Shown here one piece after another: positions 51,026 to 64,000 of a DNA stretch of 64,000 bases. Position numbers and translations under genes: made by a program. Origin of the DNA: the human T2T-CHM13v2.0 reference genome, Homo sapiens; the NCBI RefSeq assembly GCF_009914755.1, contig NC_060931.1; one strand, 5' to 3'. Every line of letters begins with the position of its first letter. Within the stretch, counting starts at the first letter, position 1. The notes below the pieces were generated by a model that made no database searches, was not told where the DNA came from, and saw only the letters and a list, made by a program, of their open reading frames with translations.

Positions 51026-54000
51026 GTGTGTGTGTGTATGTGTGTGTGTGTATGGTGAGTTCACAAGATCTACACTTTTGGTAAATTTCAAGTACATAGT
51101 ATAATATTAACTATGGTTACTCTGCTGTACGTAGATCTCTAGAACTATTCATCCTACATAATTGAAACTCTGTTCCCCCTTGAGTAACATTTCATCTTTT
51201 TTCCCACTCCCACCTGATCACATCTGGTAACTACCATTCTAATTCCTTCTCTTATGATATTGATTTTTTAAGATTCTTATGTTCTTGGCATCAAGCAGTA
51301 CTTATTTTTTATATGTCTGGCTTATTTCTCTTAGCATAATAAATAATGTCATTTGTTCTCACGAATGAAATGATTTCCTTATTTTTTTAAGGATAAGTAA
51401 CATTCGATTGTGTAAGTATACCACAATTTCTTCATTCGTTGATAGTCACTTAGGTTGTGTCTATGTTTTTGCTATTGTGAATAATACTGCAATGAACATG
51501 AGAGTGCTGACATCTCTTTGACATTCATGTTTTTTGGATATATAGCCATTAATGGGATTGCTGAATCATAATATAGTTTTATTTGAATTTTTTTTAGGAA
51601 TGCCTATACTGTTTTCCATCATGACTGTACCAATTTACATCCCCACCAACATTGTTCCAGAGTTCCCTTTTCATTACATCCTTGCTAGTAGGTCCAGGGC
51701 TTTTTTTTGTTGGGAGGTTTTGGATTATTGTTTCAATTCCCTTTATAGTCACTGGTCTTTTCAGGCTTCATATTTCTTCTTGATTGAGTCTTGGTAGGGT
51801 GTATGTTTCTAGGAATTGATCCAGTTCTTCTAGGTTTTGCAATTTGTTCACATATATTTGCTTGTAATAATCACTTATGATCTTCTTTCCCCTGAGACAC
51901 CTATTGATGTCTCTCCTATTTCATTTCTGATTTTATTTGAGTCATCTCTCTTTTTTTCTTAGTCAATTTAAATGTTTTCAATTTTGTGTACTTTTCAAAA
52001 TACAACTTGTAATTTGGGAATAGTTTGCTCTTCTTTTTCTAGTTTTCTGAACTGAGAAGTTAGGCTCTTTAATGATATCTTTCTTCTGTTTAATGTAGGC
52101 ATTTAACACTGTCATTTCCCCCTAAGTACTGTTTTTGCTTTTGCCCACACGTATTGGTATGTTGTGTTTTTGTTTTTATCTTGTTATTTTTAAAATTCTT
52201 TTTTGATTTACTATTTGACCTAATGATTGGTCAAGAGTATATTGTTTAGTTTCCATAACAGTTTGAATTTTCTCGTTTTCTTGCTGTTAATGATTTCTAG
52301 TTTCATTCCATTGTAGTTAGAACAGGTACTTGGTATGATTTTGTTTTTAAATTTGCTAAGACTTGTTTTGTGGCTTACTATCTTAGAGAGTAGTCTATGT
52401 GCACTTGAGAAGAATGTATATTCTTCTGCTATTGGGTGGAACGTGCTGTATATGTCTGTTAGATGTATTTGGACTATAGTGTTGTCCACGTTCTTTATTT
52501 ATTGATTTTCTGCCTGGATGCATTATGCATTATTGAAAGTGGGGTATTGAAATCTCTTACTATTGTTGTATGACTGGCAAGTTCTCCTGTCAGAGCTAAC
52601 AATATTAGCTTTATATAATTTGATGTTCTAATATTGGGTACATACACACATATGTTTACAATTGTTATATCTTCTGATTGAATTGACACTTTTATCATTA
52701 TATAATGAGTCTTTTGTCATTAGAGAGAGTTTTTGGCTTAAAGTCTATACTCTCTGATATAAGTATAGCCAATCCTGCTCTCTTTTGTTTACCATTTACC
52801 TCTATATCTTTTTCTATCTTTTCACTTTTAGCCTACGTGTGTCCTTGAATCTAAGTGAGGTTTTTGTAAATATCATAGATATTACTTTTTTATCCATTCA
52901 GTCACTCTATCCATTTTTTGATTGAGGAGTTTAATCCACTTTCATTAAAAGTGGTTTATGATAGGTAAGGATTTACTACAGGTATTTTGTTAACTGTCTT
53001 CTGTTTGGTTTGTTGTTTTGCCTCTCTTTTATTCTCTTGCTAACTTTCTTTGTGTTTTGTTTTTGATTGTATTTATTAACTTTGGTTCATTTATTTTTTT
53101 TCTCATGTGTAACTACTGTGGGTGTTTTCTTTATGGTTACCATGGGGCTTGCATAAAATTTCTTATAATTAAAATTGTCTATTTAAGCTGATAAAAATTT
53201 AATTTCACTTGCATACAAAAACTCTGTAATCATACATCTCCTTCCTTCACATGATATGCTATGACATCACAATTTACATCTATTTATGTTGTGTACCCTT
53301 TAACATAATTTAGTCTTAGTTATTCTAATATTTTTTATGTTTTAATTTTTACACTAAAGTTAACAGCAATTTACCCACCATCATTATAGTAATACAGTAT
53401 TCTGGTTTTATCTATCTATTTACCTTTACAAAGAGTTTCATACTTCTTATGCTCTTATATTGCTGTTTAACATTTTTTTGTTCCAACTTGAATACTTGCT
53501 TTAGCATTTTTGGTAAAGCAGGTCCAGTGGTGATGAAATCATTTAGTTTTTGTTTGGAAAAGCCTTTATGTTTCCTTCATTTCTGAAGAATAGATTTGTT
53601 GTGTATAGTATTCTTGGTTGACAGTTTGCTGTCGCACTTTGAATATACCATCTCAGTCACTTTTAGCCTGCAAGATTTCTTGGGAAAAATCTGCTGATAG
53701 TCTTATAGTCATTTTATTGTATGTAAAAAGTCTCTTTCTCTTGCTTCTTTCATAATTCCATGTATTTAACTTTTGACAATTTGATTATAATGTATCTCAG
53801 TGTGGGTTTCTTTAGATTTTTCTTATTTGGCATCATTTGGGCTTACTAGATCTGCCTATGTATTTTCTTCTGCATATTTAGGAAATATTCAGATGTAACT
53901 TATTTGAGTAAACTTTTCATCTGTTTTTCTCGTTTTCTTCTGGCATGGTCATTATTCCTATTTCAGTCTTATTGATGGTATCCTATAAAAACTGGGGTAT

Positions 54001-55930
54001 TTTTTAGTGATATATCTTCAAGTTTGATGACTCTCTCTGCTACTTAATCTAGTCTGCGGATTAACCACTTTATTGGTTCGTGTACTTCAGTTATTGTATT
54101 CTTTACCTCTATGACTTCTGCTTGGTACTTCTGTTACGTTTTCTGTCTTTTTGTTGAAATCTCACTTTGTTCTAAAATTGTTCTCCTGGCATCTGTGATC
54201 ATCTTTATGACTGTCATTTTAAATTATTTTTCTAGTAACTTATCTCTTCTGGAGATTTAGTTTGTTTTTTATTTGTACTATATTTCCCTTTTTCTTTATT
54301 TTCCTTGGCTCTCTGTATTGGTGTCTGCACATTAAATAAAGCAACCACTTTTCCTGCTCTTCACAGTCTGGTCTTGTGTAGGAGATAAGACTTAACAATG
54401 ATCCCAGCCAGAGATTCTAGGTGTCTCTCAAACCTTTGTGCTCATTCAGACTGCTGTCTTTGTCCTTAACGGCTCCCAGAAGACTAGAATGTGCCAAATC
54501 CCATCAGTGCTCCAAGACTGGAGAGCTTGAAGCCTGTCCCTTGGGTATCAGCTGAAAAAGTTGGATCACTGGATGTGTAGCCCAATTCCTTCTCTCATCA
54601 GGGAGAAACTGGGAGCCAGAGTTGTCACCTACTTGTTCTGCACTGATCCAGGGAGAGAAGTTGTGACAAAAGCCTGCACACTCATTCAGAGTGCATGTCA
54701 TTTTGGATTATTGCTTTGCTCTCCATTACCCATAGATATCTAGAGAATGCTGGGCTTCATCAGCTCTCAAAGAGAGGGGGATTAATGGTCAGCCCCTTGA
54801 ATAGCAGCTAGAAAAGTCAGGGTGCTAGATGTCTAGTCCACCTCCTTCTGAGGGAAATTTGAAGGATTGGTTTTATCACTAGAGAAAGCTGGAGCAGGAG
54901 ACACAAGAAGAGCTAACATTCAGAAAACCAAATCAGTTCCTAGAGACAGGGAAGTTAGAAGCCAGACCCTTGGGCTGCAGCCAGAAAAGTTGGGAGATTA
55001 GACGTGCAATCTAACTCCTTCTGGGGAGAATCTGAGAAGTGTGCTTTATGGCCTGTATTCACTGTTTACTGATCTGAGGGGTAGAGCCATAATGTGCTTG
55101 TGTGTCCATTTAAAAACACTTGTTCTCTGTTGTTCCAGGGGACTAGCAAATGCCGGGCCCTATCAGCTCCCCGGGATAGGCAATTTAGGAGGCAGTCCTT
55201 CAGGCTGCAGCTATTAAACTTAGGGATCTCCTACCAGGAAGAAGCCGAAGGCTTGTTTTTATCACTGAATCAAACCAGGAAGGAAAAGCCAAGGGAAATG
55301 CCCACATACCTGGTCAAGTTCCTAGAGGACTTATGATTGCCTGCTCTTTTAGCTCTGAGTTGCAAGCTAGTTACAAGCCAGACCCTTGGACGGCAGCTGG
55401 ACATGTTAGGTTAGATGTATAATCTAACCTGTTCCAGGGAGAAGTTGGGAGCTTGCTTTAATTGTTTTAGCTCTGCCCTGAGACAGGGGAAGAGGTGTTG
55501 GAATTGCTCAGGTGCCTATTTAAAAATACCTCTTTGTTTTTTTGTGGTCCTGGAGGACTGGCAAATGCAGGTCCCCTTCCACTCCCAGAGACAGGCAAGT
55601 TAGGGGCCAATCTTTTCCATAGAAACCATAATAATTGGGGTGCCAGACGTATAATCCAAACCATATTGGATCTTCAGAGAAAAGCTGTGAGTTAGGGGTT
55701 CTCTCCCAATTTCATAGTACTGTGAGGTGCATGAGGTTTATTGCAAGAGTATGTCAATTTTTTCTACCTGTTTAAATGTGTGCGTTTAATTAGTTTCCTT
55801 ATGCAGAAATCTCTCAGCTAGTTTCTGGATTTCTCTCGGAAGAAATTGATCTGTGTGTAGCTGTTTATTTGGTGTGTTTGTAGGTGGAGGAAAAGGTTGG
55901 GGCCTCCTGATCTACCATCTTGCGGATGTC
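51026..55930 (-). mobile_element. Old L1MA/MB element with large internal deletion: 3'UTR, ORF2 N-terminus, ORF1 and long 5' region
   Basis: 3' end 51050-51685; ORF2 remnants IHLTDIYSTFHPIAEEYTFFSSAH and MIKVSIQSEDITIVNI..DFNTPLSIM; 5' region to ~55930. Confidence 0.85.
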
Positions 55931-56049
55931 ATTTCTATATGCTTGCTTATTGTTTCATTGTGATTTTGAGGGCCTGCAGATAGGACATATATTTCCAAAT
56001 ATCATATTTTACAGTCCTCTATTACTACACATCTTTTAATGTTTAACCA

Positions 56050-56170
56050 TTGATCTAATCCAACTTCTTCACTGTGAAATTAAAGAAACTAAAGGCAGGG
56101 AGATTAAATAATCTATCCAATGCTACACAGGGAGTGGTGATGGTAGAAAAACATCAGTGTCTTACTTCCC
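56050..56170 (-). mobile_element. MIR fragment
   Basis: aaagaaactaaaggcagggagattaaataatctatccaatgctacacag, reverse MIR core. Confidence 0.6.
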
Positions 56171-56607
56171 CACCAATGTATGTGGCATATAATGAAGAAA
56201 TAAAGAGAGCAGAAGCAGGCTGGAGGCCCACACACAGTTGGGAAGGCAGGTAGGGGGGAAGGAGTGGACGGACCCTCTTCCGATATTGCTTTATCACCAC
56301 ATTTTTCTCATTGACCTTGGCATATTTGCTTTAATAAGTCTCTGCATCTATCTGTTCTTACTCTCCTTCAAAAGACAAAACTAGCTAAGTCTAAATTTAT
56401 ATTAGGATAATATTTACTAAGAATTTCCAATTTGGAGAAAAGAGGTGACTCAAATTTGAAACAATACTTAAATAAGAACAAGTGACTATAATAATAATTT
56501 TTTTAGGATTTATGTCACTTTGAATAATCTACTTTAGGAGAAAACAATGAAAAAGTTAGGGTCAGAAATTAATTTGTATGAAAAGAAAAAAAAAGTGGTA
56601 AAATATT

Positions 56608-56971
56608 TGATATGGTTAGGCTGTGTCCCCACCCAAATCTCATCTTGAATTATAATCCCTATAATCCCCACACGTCAAGGGTGGGGCCAGCTGGAGGTAA
56701 TTGAATCATGGGAGTGGTTTCCCCCATACTGTTCTGGTGACTGTGAGTGAGTTCTCATGAGATCTGATAGTTTTATAAGCACCTGGCTTTTCCCCTCCTG
56801 GCACTCATTGTCTCTTCTGCCGCCCTGTGAAGAGGTGCCTTCCACCATGATTGTAAGTTTCCTGAGGCCTCCCCAGCTATGCAGAACTGTGAGTCAATAA
56901 ACTTTTTTCTTTTTTATAAATTAGTCAGTCTCAGGTGTTTCTTTATGGCAGCATGAAAATGAACTAATACA
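56608..56971 (+). mobile_element. THE1 (C/D-like) solo LTR (ERVL-MaLR)
   Basis: tgatatggttaggctgtgtccccacccaaatctcatcttgaatt...gaactaataca; 5 bp TSD atatt/atatc. Confidence 0.95.
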
Positions 56972-57018
56972 ATATCAACTTTTTTGATTCAACAAAAGGA
57001 GTCCATTATAAAGTCTTA

Positions 57019-57975
57019 CTGCACAGTTCAGTATGCTGGCCAGTTGCCACATGGGACATTTTAAATTTTAAGTAATTAAAATTTAATATCTCACACCAGT
57101 TAGAATGGCAATCATTAAAAAGTCAGGGAAAAACAGGTGCTGGAGAGGATACGGAGAAATAGGATCACTTTTACACTGTTGGTGGGACTGTAAACTAGTT
57201 CAACCATTGTGGAAGTCAGTGTGGCGATTCCTCAGGGATCTAGAACTAGAAATACCATTTGACCCAGCCATCCCATTACTGGATATATACCCAAAGGATT
57301 ATAAATCATGCTGCTATAAAGTCGCATGCACACATTATGTTTATTGCGGCACTATTCACAATAGCAAAGACTTGGAACCAAGCCAAATGTCCAACAATGA
57401 TAGACTGGATTAAGAAAATGTGGCACATGTACACCATGGAATACTGTGCAGCCATAAAAAAGGATGAGTTCATGTCCTTTGTAGGGACATGGATGAAGCT
57501 GGAAACCATCATTCTCAGCAAACTATTGCAAGGACAAAAAAACAAACACCGCATGTTCTCACTCATAGGTGGAAATTGAACAGTGAGAACACATGGACAC
57601 AGGAAGGGGAACATCACACACCGGGGCCTGTTGTGGGGTGGGGGGAGAGGGGAGGGGGATAGCATTAGGAGATATACCTAACGTAAATGACGAGTTAATG
57701 TGTGCAGCCCACCAACATGGCACATGTATACATATGTAACAAACCTGCACGTTGTGCATATGTACCCTAAAACTTAAAGTACAATAAAAAAAAACCATGA
57801 AGAAAAAAATATGGCCTTAATGAAATGATGAAATAACAGAAAAAAGAAAAAAAATTTAATAATATTTAAAATGTTATGTTTCCAACACACTGGCCACATT
57901 TTAAATGCTTAATAGCTACATATAAGCAGATGCTATCATATCAGGCAGAGCTGAAATGAAGGAACAATCTATTGC
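57019..57975 (-). mobile_element. MER3/MER33-like hAT-Charlie DNA transposon split by L1PA
   Basis: ggccagttgccacatgggacattttaaatt (left) and cacactggccacattttaaatgcttaatagctacat (right). Confidence 0.7.
57089..57850 (+). mobile_element. 5'-truncated L1PA (about PA4-5) with 3' transduction
   Basis: ORF2 C-terminal remnant [59 protein letters not shown]; TSD aaaatttaata at 57078-57088 and 57851-57861. Confidence 0.96.
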
Positions 57976-59366
57976 AGTGAGCAAACCTAAGGAAGAAAAA
58001 ATTTAATTGCTTTTTCTTAGCATTGTTAATTCAGGTGTCTAAGGACTTTCTTAGTCTTTTAGCGGCCTATATACTGTGAGAGATAGCAAATAACCAACTG
58101 TTCCAAAAGTTTTATTCTATTAACCCTGCTGTTCTTTTGGGTTTTGTGACACATATGGTTTCCCCTATGTATTTTAACAGCCCATGTTCATTTTTGATAA
58201 GTAACATATAAACCCACTTTTCTTTTTTATTTTTATCTTCTTAACTAGAGTGCTGAGAATTTGTATGTATTTTGAAAACATTGACACTCATTTTGCTGAA
58301 ATGTGCCTTTGCTTTAGGTTATTTTTATTTCTTGCTATTCTTTTCAGCATAGGCTTGGCCTGCGTAAATTTAATTACAAAATTTCTTCTGTATGTTCATT
58401 TTGCAGTCTTCAAAATATCTAAAATACAAGCTTTATTTTTGCAATGCTTCCTGAAGTCATTCCAAATTAAGAAAATTCAACTTCTTTCTAATTTTTCAGT
58501 CTTCTCTCATTCAGTTGATGACATTGTCCTGTCTTGTCAAAGGTGTGAGAATAATCCATTCCATCAAGGAAAGACATTTAATCTTATTTCTTCACACAAT
58601 AGTGTACAGTGATTGGCAGACGGTATAAATTATTAGAATCTCTCCCATTTTAATGAATACCTTTTCTTGTTTGTCCTTCTGGGATTAAGGATTTGCTAAA
58701 GTAAGCATTGTCAAGCTTCCTGCAAATAATGTGTTGAAGAATATTTTTATTAATAAATTCATGTGAGATCTATAATTTAATAAATTATATGTTCCAAAAA
58801 CACAAAATATTGGATCTTCATCCTCAAATTTAAGAACAGTTCTATTTTACCTGATGTGCAGCAAATCTGGAAGATTGTGAAGAATTCTGGAATGACACTG
58901 ACATCATAAACCTGCATTTTCATTTACAGTGAGTCAATTGGATTTATAGTCTCAACCTAGAGACAATATTTAAAAGTTCAATGTTATTAATTGTTTTAAC
59001 TGACTGACTTATAGAAAAATGTGGCAATCCAAATTCCTTACTGGCAAAATTATATACATCATTAAACCGAATTATCTGCTAAATCTTATATTTAACATCT
59101 TTTTCTGAGAAAAAGTATGAATCAAATTTTAAACTTCCAGAGTTAAGTTTTTGATCTTTCAAGTGGACCTTAATGAGTCAGTTTCCATCACAATGACTCA
59201 TTTTCTCTTTATCAAAAATATATATAAGTACTTACACAATCTATATCTCGAAATGTGAAAGGACTTTAAAAGCTAACAATATAATAATCTGTTAAAGTAC
59301 TCTGTGTACTAAAATAAATGACCATTGATGACACACTTTTGGCCTGAAACAATTACTGAACTTTTA

Positions 59367-60439
59367 AAAGTGTTGTGGGCACATAGTAGGTGTGTATATT
59401 TAGGGGTACATGAGATGTTTTGATATAGGCATACGATGTATAATAATCACAACATGAAGAATGGGGCACCCATCCCCTTAAGCATTTACCCTTTTAGTTA
59501 CTAACAATCCAGTTATTTTCTTTAAGTTATTTTAAAATATACAATTATGATATTAATGGCTATAGTCACCATATTGTACTACCAAATAGTAAGTCTTACT
59601 CATTCTTTCTAATTTTTTTCTTTTTTTGGTAGCCATTAACCATTCCCACCTCCGTCAACCCCACCCCACCATTACCCTTCCCAGCTTCTGGTAATCATCT
59701 TTCTACTTTCTATGTGCATGAGTTCAATTGTTTCGATTTTTATATCACACAAATAAATGAGACCATGCGATGTTTGTCTTTTGTGCTTGGCTTATTTATC
59801 ACTTAAAATAATAATCTCCAGTTCCATCCATGTTGTTGCAAATCACTGAATCTCATTCTTTTTATGGCTTAAGAGTATTTCATTGTTTATATGTACCACA
59901 TTTTCTTTATTGATTCATCTGTTGATGGACAGTTAGGTTGCTTCCAAATCTAAACTATTGTAAACAATGCTGCAACAAATATGGGAGTGCAGATATCTCT
60001 TCATTATACTGATTTCCTCTCTTTGGGGTATATATCCAGCAGTGGGATTGCTGAATCATATTGTAGTTCAATATTTAGTTTTTTGAGAAACCTGGAAACT
60101 GTTCTCCATAGTGGTTGTACTAATTTACATTTCCACCAACAGTGTAGAAGTGTTCCCTTTTCTCCATATCCTCGCCAGCGTTTGTTATTGCCTGTGTTTT
60201 GGGTATAGCCATTTTAACTGAGGTGAGATGATATCTCGTTGTAGTTTTGATTTGCATTTCTCTGATGATCATGATGTTGAGCACCTTTTCATATGCCTGT
60301 TTACCATTTGTATGTCTTCTTTTGAGAAATGTCTATTCAAATCCTTTGCCAATTTCTTGATCATATTGTTAGATTTTTTTGCTATAGAGTTGTTTGAGCT
60401 CCTTATATATTCTGGTTAGTAATCCCTTGTCAGCTGGGT
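59367..60439 (-). mobile_element. 5'-truncated L1MA (MA1-3-like) 3' end
   Basis: gtgggcacatagtaggtgtgtatatttaggggtacatgagatgttttgata; degenerate TSD aattactgaacttt / aattattgaatttt. Confidence 0.92.
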
Positions 60440-61365
60440 AATTATTGAATTTTATTTAACAAACAGCATAAGTGTTTCCAAACTATTCTAAATAAAAAGT
60501 AGACTTTAGATTTTAAAGTGAGGCAATATTTTACAAAAACTCTAATTCATGAGTCATTGTTCTATAAAATCATCCTTCAACTTTGTACCTAATTAATCAA
60601 ATGATAGACACTAAACCGTTTATTCACTTGAGTATTTCCTTGCTATCAGATCTGGTCACCCAAAGGAGACATAAAGGAGAAAATTTTACTCTAGTAATTT
60701 GCAAACAAAGCTTCCTGGGACTAATGATAATAAATGGAGTGTGAGAAGCTACCCTACCCTTTAAGGAGCATCAAGGTTAGGAGTGTGAGCATGGAGGTGG
60801 GGAAACAGATACGAACCACATTCCGAGATCCTAACTGATGATACTATCAAGCAAACCAGCAGGGCAAAACACATTTTGAAAGCTTAAAGAACTATTTTAC
60901 CATCAACTCCAAGTCATTTAAAGCTAGACTTAATCACTGGCTGCAAGTGTAACTAACATAACTAGGCTAATGTCTCCCAATATTTCCAAAGATTCCTTGA
61001 ATTGCTATGAAGAATGAAAATTGGGAAACATGATTTTTCAAGATAGCATTTTAAAATATCTATACACTGGTCATAAGAGAGAGCCCTCTGAGCTTTGATG
61101 ATTTTCAGAAGATCTGTAAAGTTGGAGGGTACAATGCTTGAATTTGTTAGCGAAATTCCAATTAGCTTTCAAAGTTAGGGTTGGCTACCTGCTCTGCACA
61201 CCGTGGTCCATTTTGCTGTACAGTTTCTCATGTTTATAAAATGAAGTTACAATTTTTTATATCAAATATAATCAGTATTTTTTCCTATGAAATGCACATA
61301 TATATTCTTATGAAAATCCTAAATTGTTATCTAAAATAATGAGAATGTTTTTCTTTATTTTAAAG

Positions 61366-61426
61366 CAGGGTTTGCTAAACTTTATAAAGAGGCAGATGAT
61401 AAATACTTTAGACTTTTTGGGCCATA
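61366..61426. mobile_element. MER58-like DNA transposon terminus
   Basis: cagggtttgctaaacttt...aaagaggcagatgataaatactttagactttttgggccata resembles the MER58 end. Confidence 0.55.
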
Positions 61427-61715
61427 TTTTATTTTTATCCATGTTTCTTCTCCTTCTCTTTCCTTTTTCTCTTTTCCTCCTCCTCTTCTTTTTTTTCTTT
61501 AACTTTAAAAATCTAGAAACCATTCCCTGCCAATCTCTATTTTAAAGGTTCGGTAAAGGCCTCAGTATGACTGGCTGATTGTCTTCTGTCTACAAATATT
61601 TTCAATTCTTATCTCTTAAGAGTTTAACGGATTCTGTATCCAATTGGTAAAATGTATGCATTTGTATAGCCACTAGGTAGACTCTGATTTACGGCATTTC
61701 ATGTATATTTAAGCA

Positions 61716-61905
<190 letters not shown>

Positions 61906-64000
61906 ATCAAGGATAAATGCCAGTCCATAAATTCAGCTATACCAGAAATACAACACTGAAGTAATGTCATTCATAGTACGTTTTATCTGGGACATGAAAA
62001 TTATTTAGAAGAACTTGTACAATGTCACAGGACATGGGCAAGGCTTTAGCTCTATTAGGGAAAAAGAAAACTCATAAGGTGAAGTTCAGAAAAACAGAGT
62101 TCCATCAAAACTCCAGCCTGTTGTTTTTCATAGGGAGCCAGTCAGACCTAGATCAAGCACGGATTTTGTTCCAAGAATTAGAGCCCTTCACTTTTGCTCT
62201 TTTCTCTTTCATAATGCAAGCATAATAACAACCTTGTTAGTGCAAGAATGATCAGATTGCCACTGCCAGAGTTTGTGTTACCAGGTATTTATAATAGTTG
62301 TCTGGAAAAGCTAGTTGCTCTGTATTTGATAAATTTGGGGGAAATTAGAGGTTATTGGATGAAGTGGCACCTCTTCCAGTAGGTGTATGTCATAGGTTCC
62401 ATGAGAAGCTGAGCTGAAGTGCCTACACCTTCATATGGGAAAAAGGAAAGCATCACTCCCAGGTCCCTCCTCAATCATTTTGCAGAAAACGTGAACTGAG
62501 TGCCTAGGGTCATTGCCAGAAAATTTTACTTCTTGCATAACAAGCTTTTTCTTTAAATCTAGTGAAATGGGATTTTGAGCAGCCTCAGATGCTGACAAGT
62601 TATTCTGTTTTCACTGAAGCTTCCCTTAGGGTTATGCCAAAGTGTCAGGATATTAGGCAGCGCTGAAAGTCAAGCAGGCTCTTTGGTGGGCAGTTATCAG
62701 TAGTTGATGATAAAGTGTCTATCATCACAGTTGAAAGTTTTGGTGGCAATGTACCCTAACTGGTTTTTGAGACTATGGTTTATCTCAGGGTTCATCCCCC
62801 TTGCTTTATTCTGCCATCTTCTCTGAGTTCTTTCTAATTGCCCAAAGTGCTATGACAGAGTAGAATGTGGTCTTCCCCAATCATGAACACTGGTCCCTGA
62901 AAACATTCTCTTGCTTCCTTCTTCAAGGCATATTTTCTCATTACATGTCATTTGCATTCCCGTACACACCAGGTGTGATCTTTTTCATGAGTTTAGGCTT
63001 TTATGAAATTAAAACGTATCTTTTTGTAAAATAAACCCTGCAAAATCATCCATAAGGCAAATAAATGCAGAAGACAGAGCTATCCAGGAAAAACATTTTT
63101 GCTTATCTCAATAAAGTATCCTACCACTCATGGAAGCAGGTACCAAGAAGGTCTGAATTGAGAGCTCCATCCTGTACAGAAGCAACTGACCTTTCTTTTC
63201 CAAAGAAAATACAACGATACATAACTATGTTACGTAATAAAGATGTAAAGGTAGAGATAAGAACGGTGTAATAAAAATGGTTATGGATAGCTAAAATCAG
63301 TTCTGTTCCCAGGTGTGGTTACCTTAAATTAGTTTTATAGCTTGTCCAGGGAATTCAGAGCTGAGAAAAATGCAGTTTTGAGTTTCATATAGCCATCTAG
63401 CAGATGACTGGAATCCAATCTGTTTATAACATCAGGGCATCCAGTCAACATGTGGGTAGGTAAACAAAAGCACAAAAAAACTTTTATTTACTTTTCCTGC
63501 TTGTGAAGCTGTTTCTTTTAAGAAATGTATCGTTCAAATGCCATAATTCCTGTGGAGAGTGATATCACATTAACTACTTAGGTATAGAAAAGTATGTTCA
63601 GAGCAAGGAAATGAGGGAAGGAGAAAAACAAAAGAGATGGAGGAAGGAAGAATATAACTAAAAATCAAATAACTACACCTAATTAAGTGATTACATCCAA
63701 ACAGACTTAACAAATTGTTTCTGTAAATATAGGGGACTTTTATATAGAATCTTTTTTTAAAAAATTAAAAATATAAAAGGAGGGTGGTAAATTTATGAAA
63801 ACACTTTGTTTCCAAAAGAATAATCAGGGAAGCAAAACTTTAAAGAATTATTTTATTTGTTTTTCACTCAATTTAAAATAGGTAATATACTATAATAAAA
63901 TAGGTATAGTATATGAATTAAGGATAGTGAGATATTTGAGTAGAAACATCACTAAAAGAAAAAAATAGTTAATCATAAGTTAAAATAGTAATCATTTGCA

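Noticed and set aside
57105-57579. ORFs with clear protein similarity
   Set aside because: Frameshifted L1 ORF2 C-terminus in a 5'-truncated copy, not a gene

Overview
This is AT-rich, CpG-poor primate (human-like) non-coding DNA, intergenic or deep intronic. I can support no protein-coding exon, RNA gene, CpG island or CRISPR array. Supplied ORFs are Alu-, L1- or microsatellite-derived, or short with no protein similarity I recognise. Much of the window is transposon relics: about 17 Alus or Alu fragments, a near full-length L1PB (17850-25340, minus strand), several L1PA/L1MA/older L1M pieces, solo LTRs (MSTA, THE1, MER4A, MER61/LTR9-like, LTR33-like), MIR/L2 and MER3. A ~1.9 kb AT-rich minisatellite and several microsatellites are also present. 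Subfamily calls are from memory of consensus sequences, not a database search. I found no new gene-level system. The most notable signals are: a perfect five-unit heat-shock element at 7146-7170; three apparently locally templated insertions inside repeats (13236->14193, 23004->19529, 44143->43136); an L1PA with a short 3' transduction; a MER4 LTR fragment that looks L1-retrocopied; a three-arm Alu inside one TSD; and cruciform-prone AT repeats.
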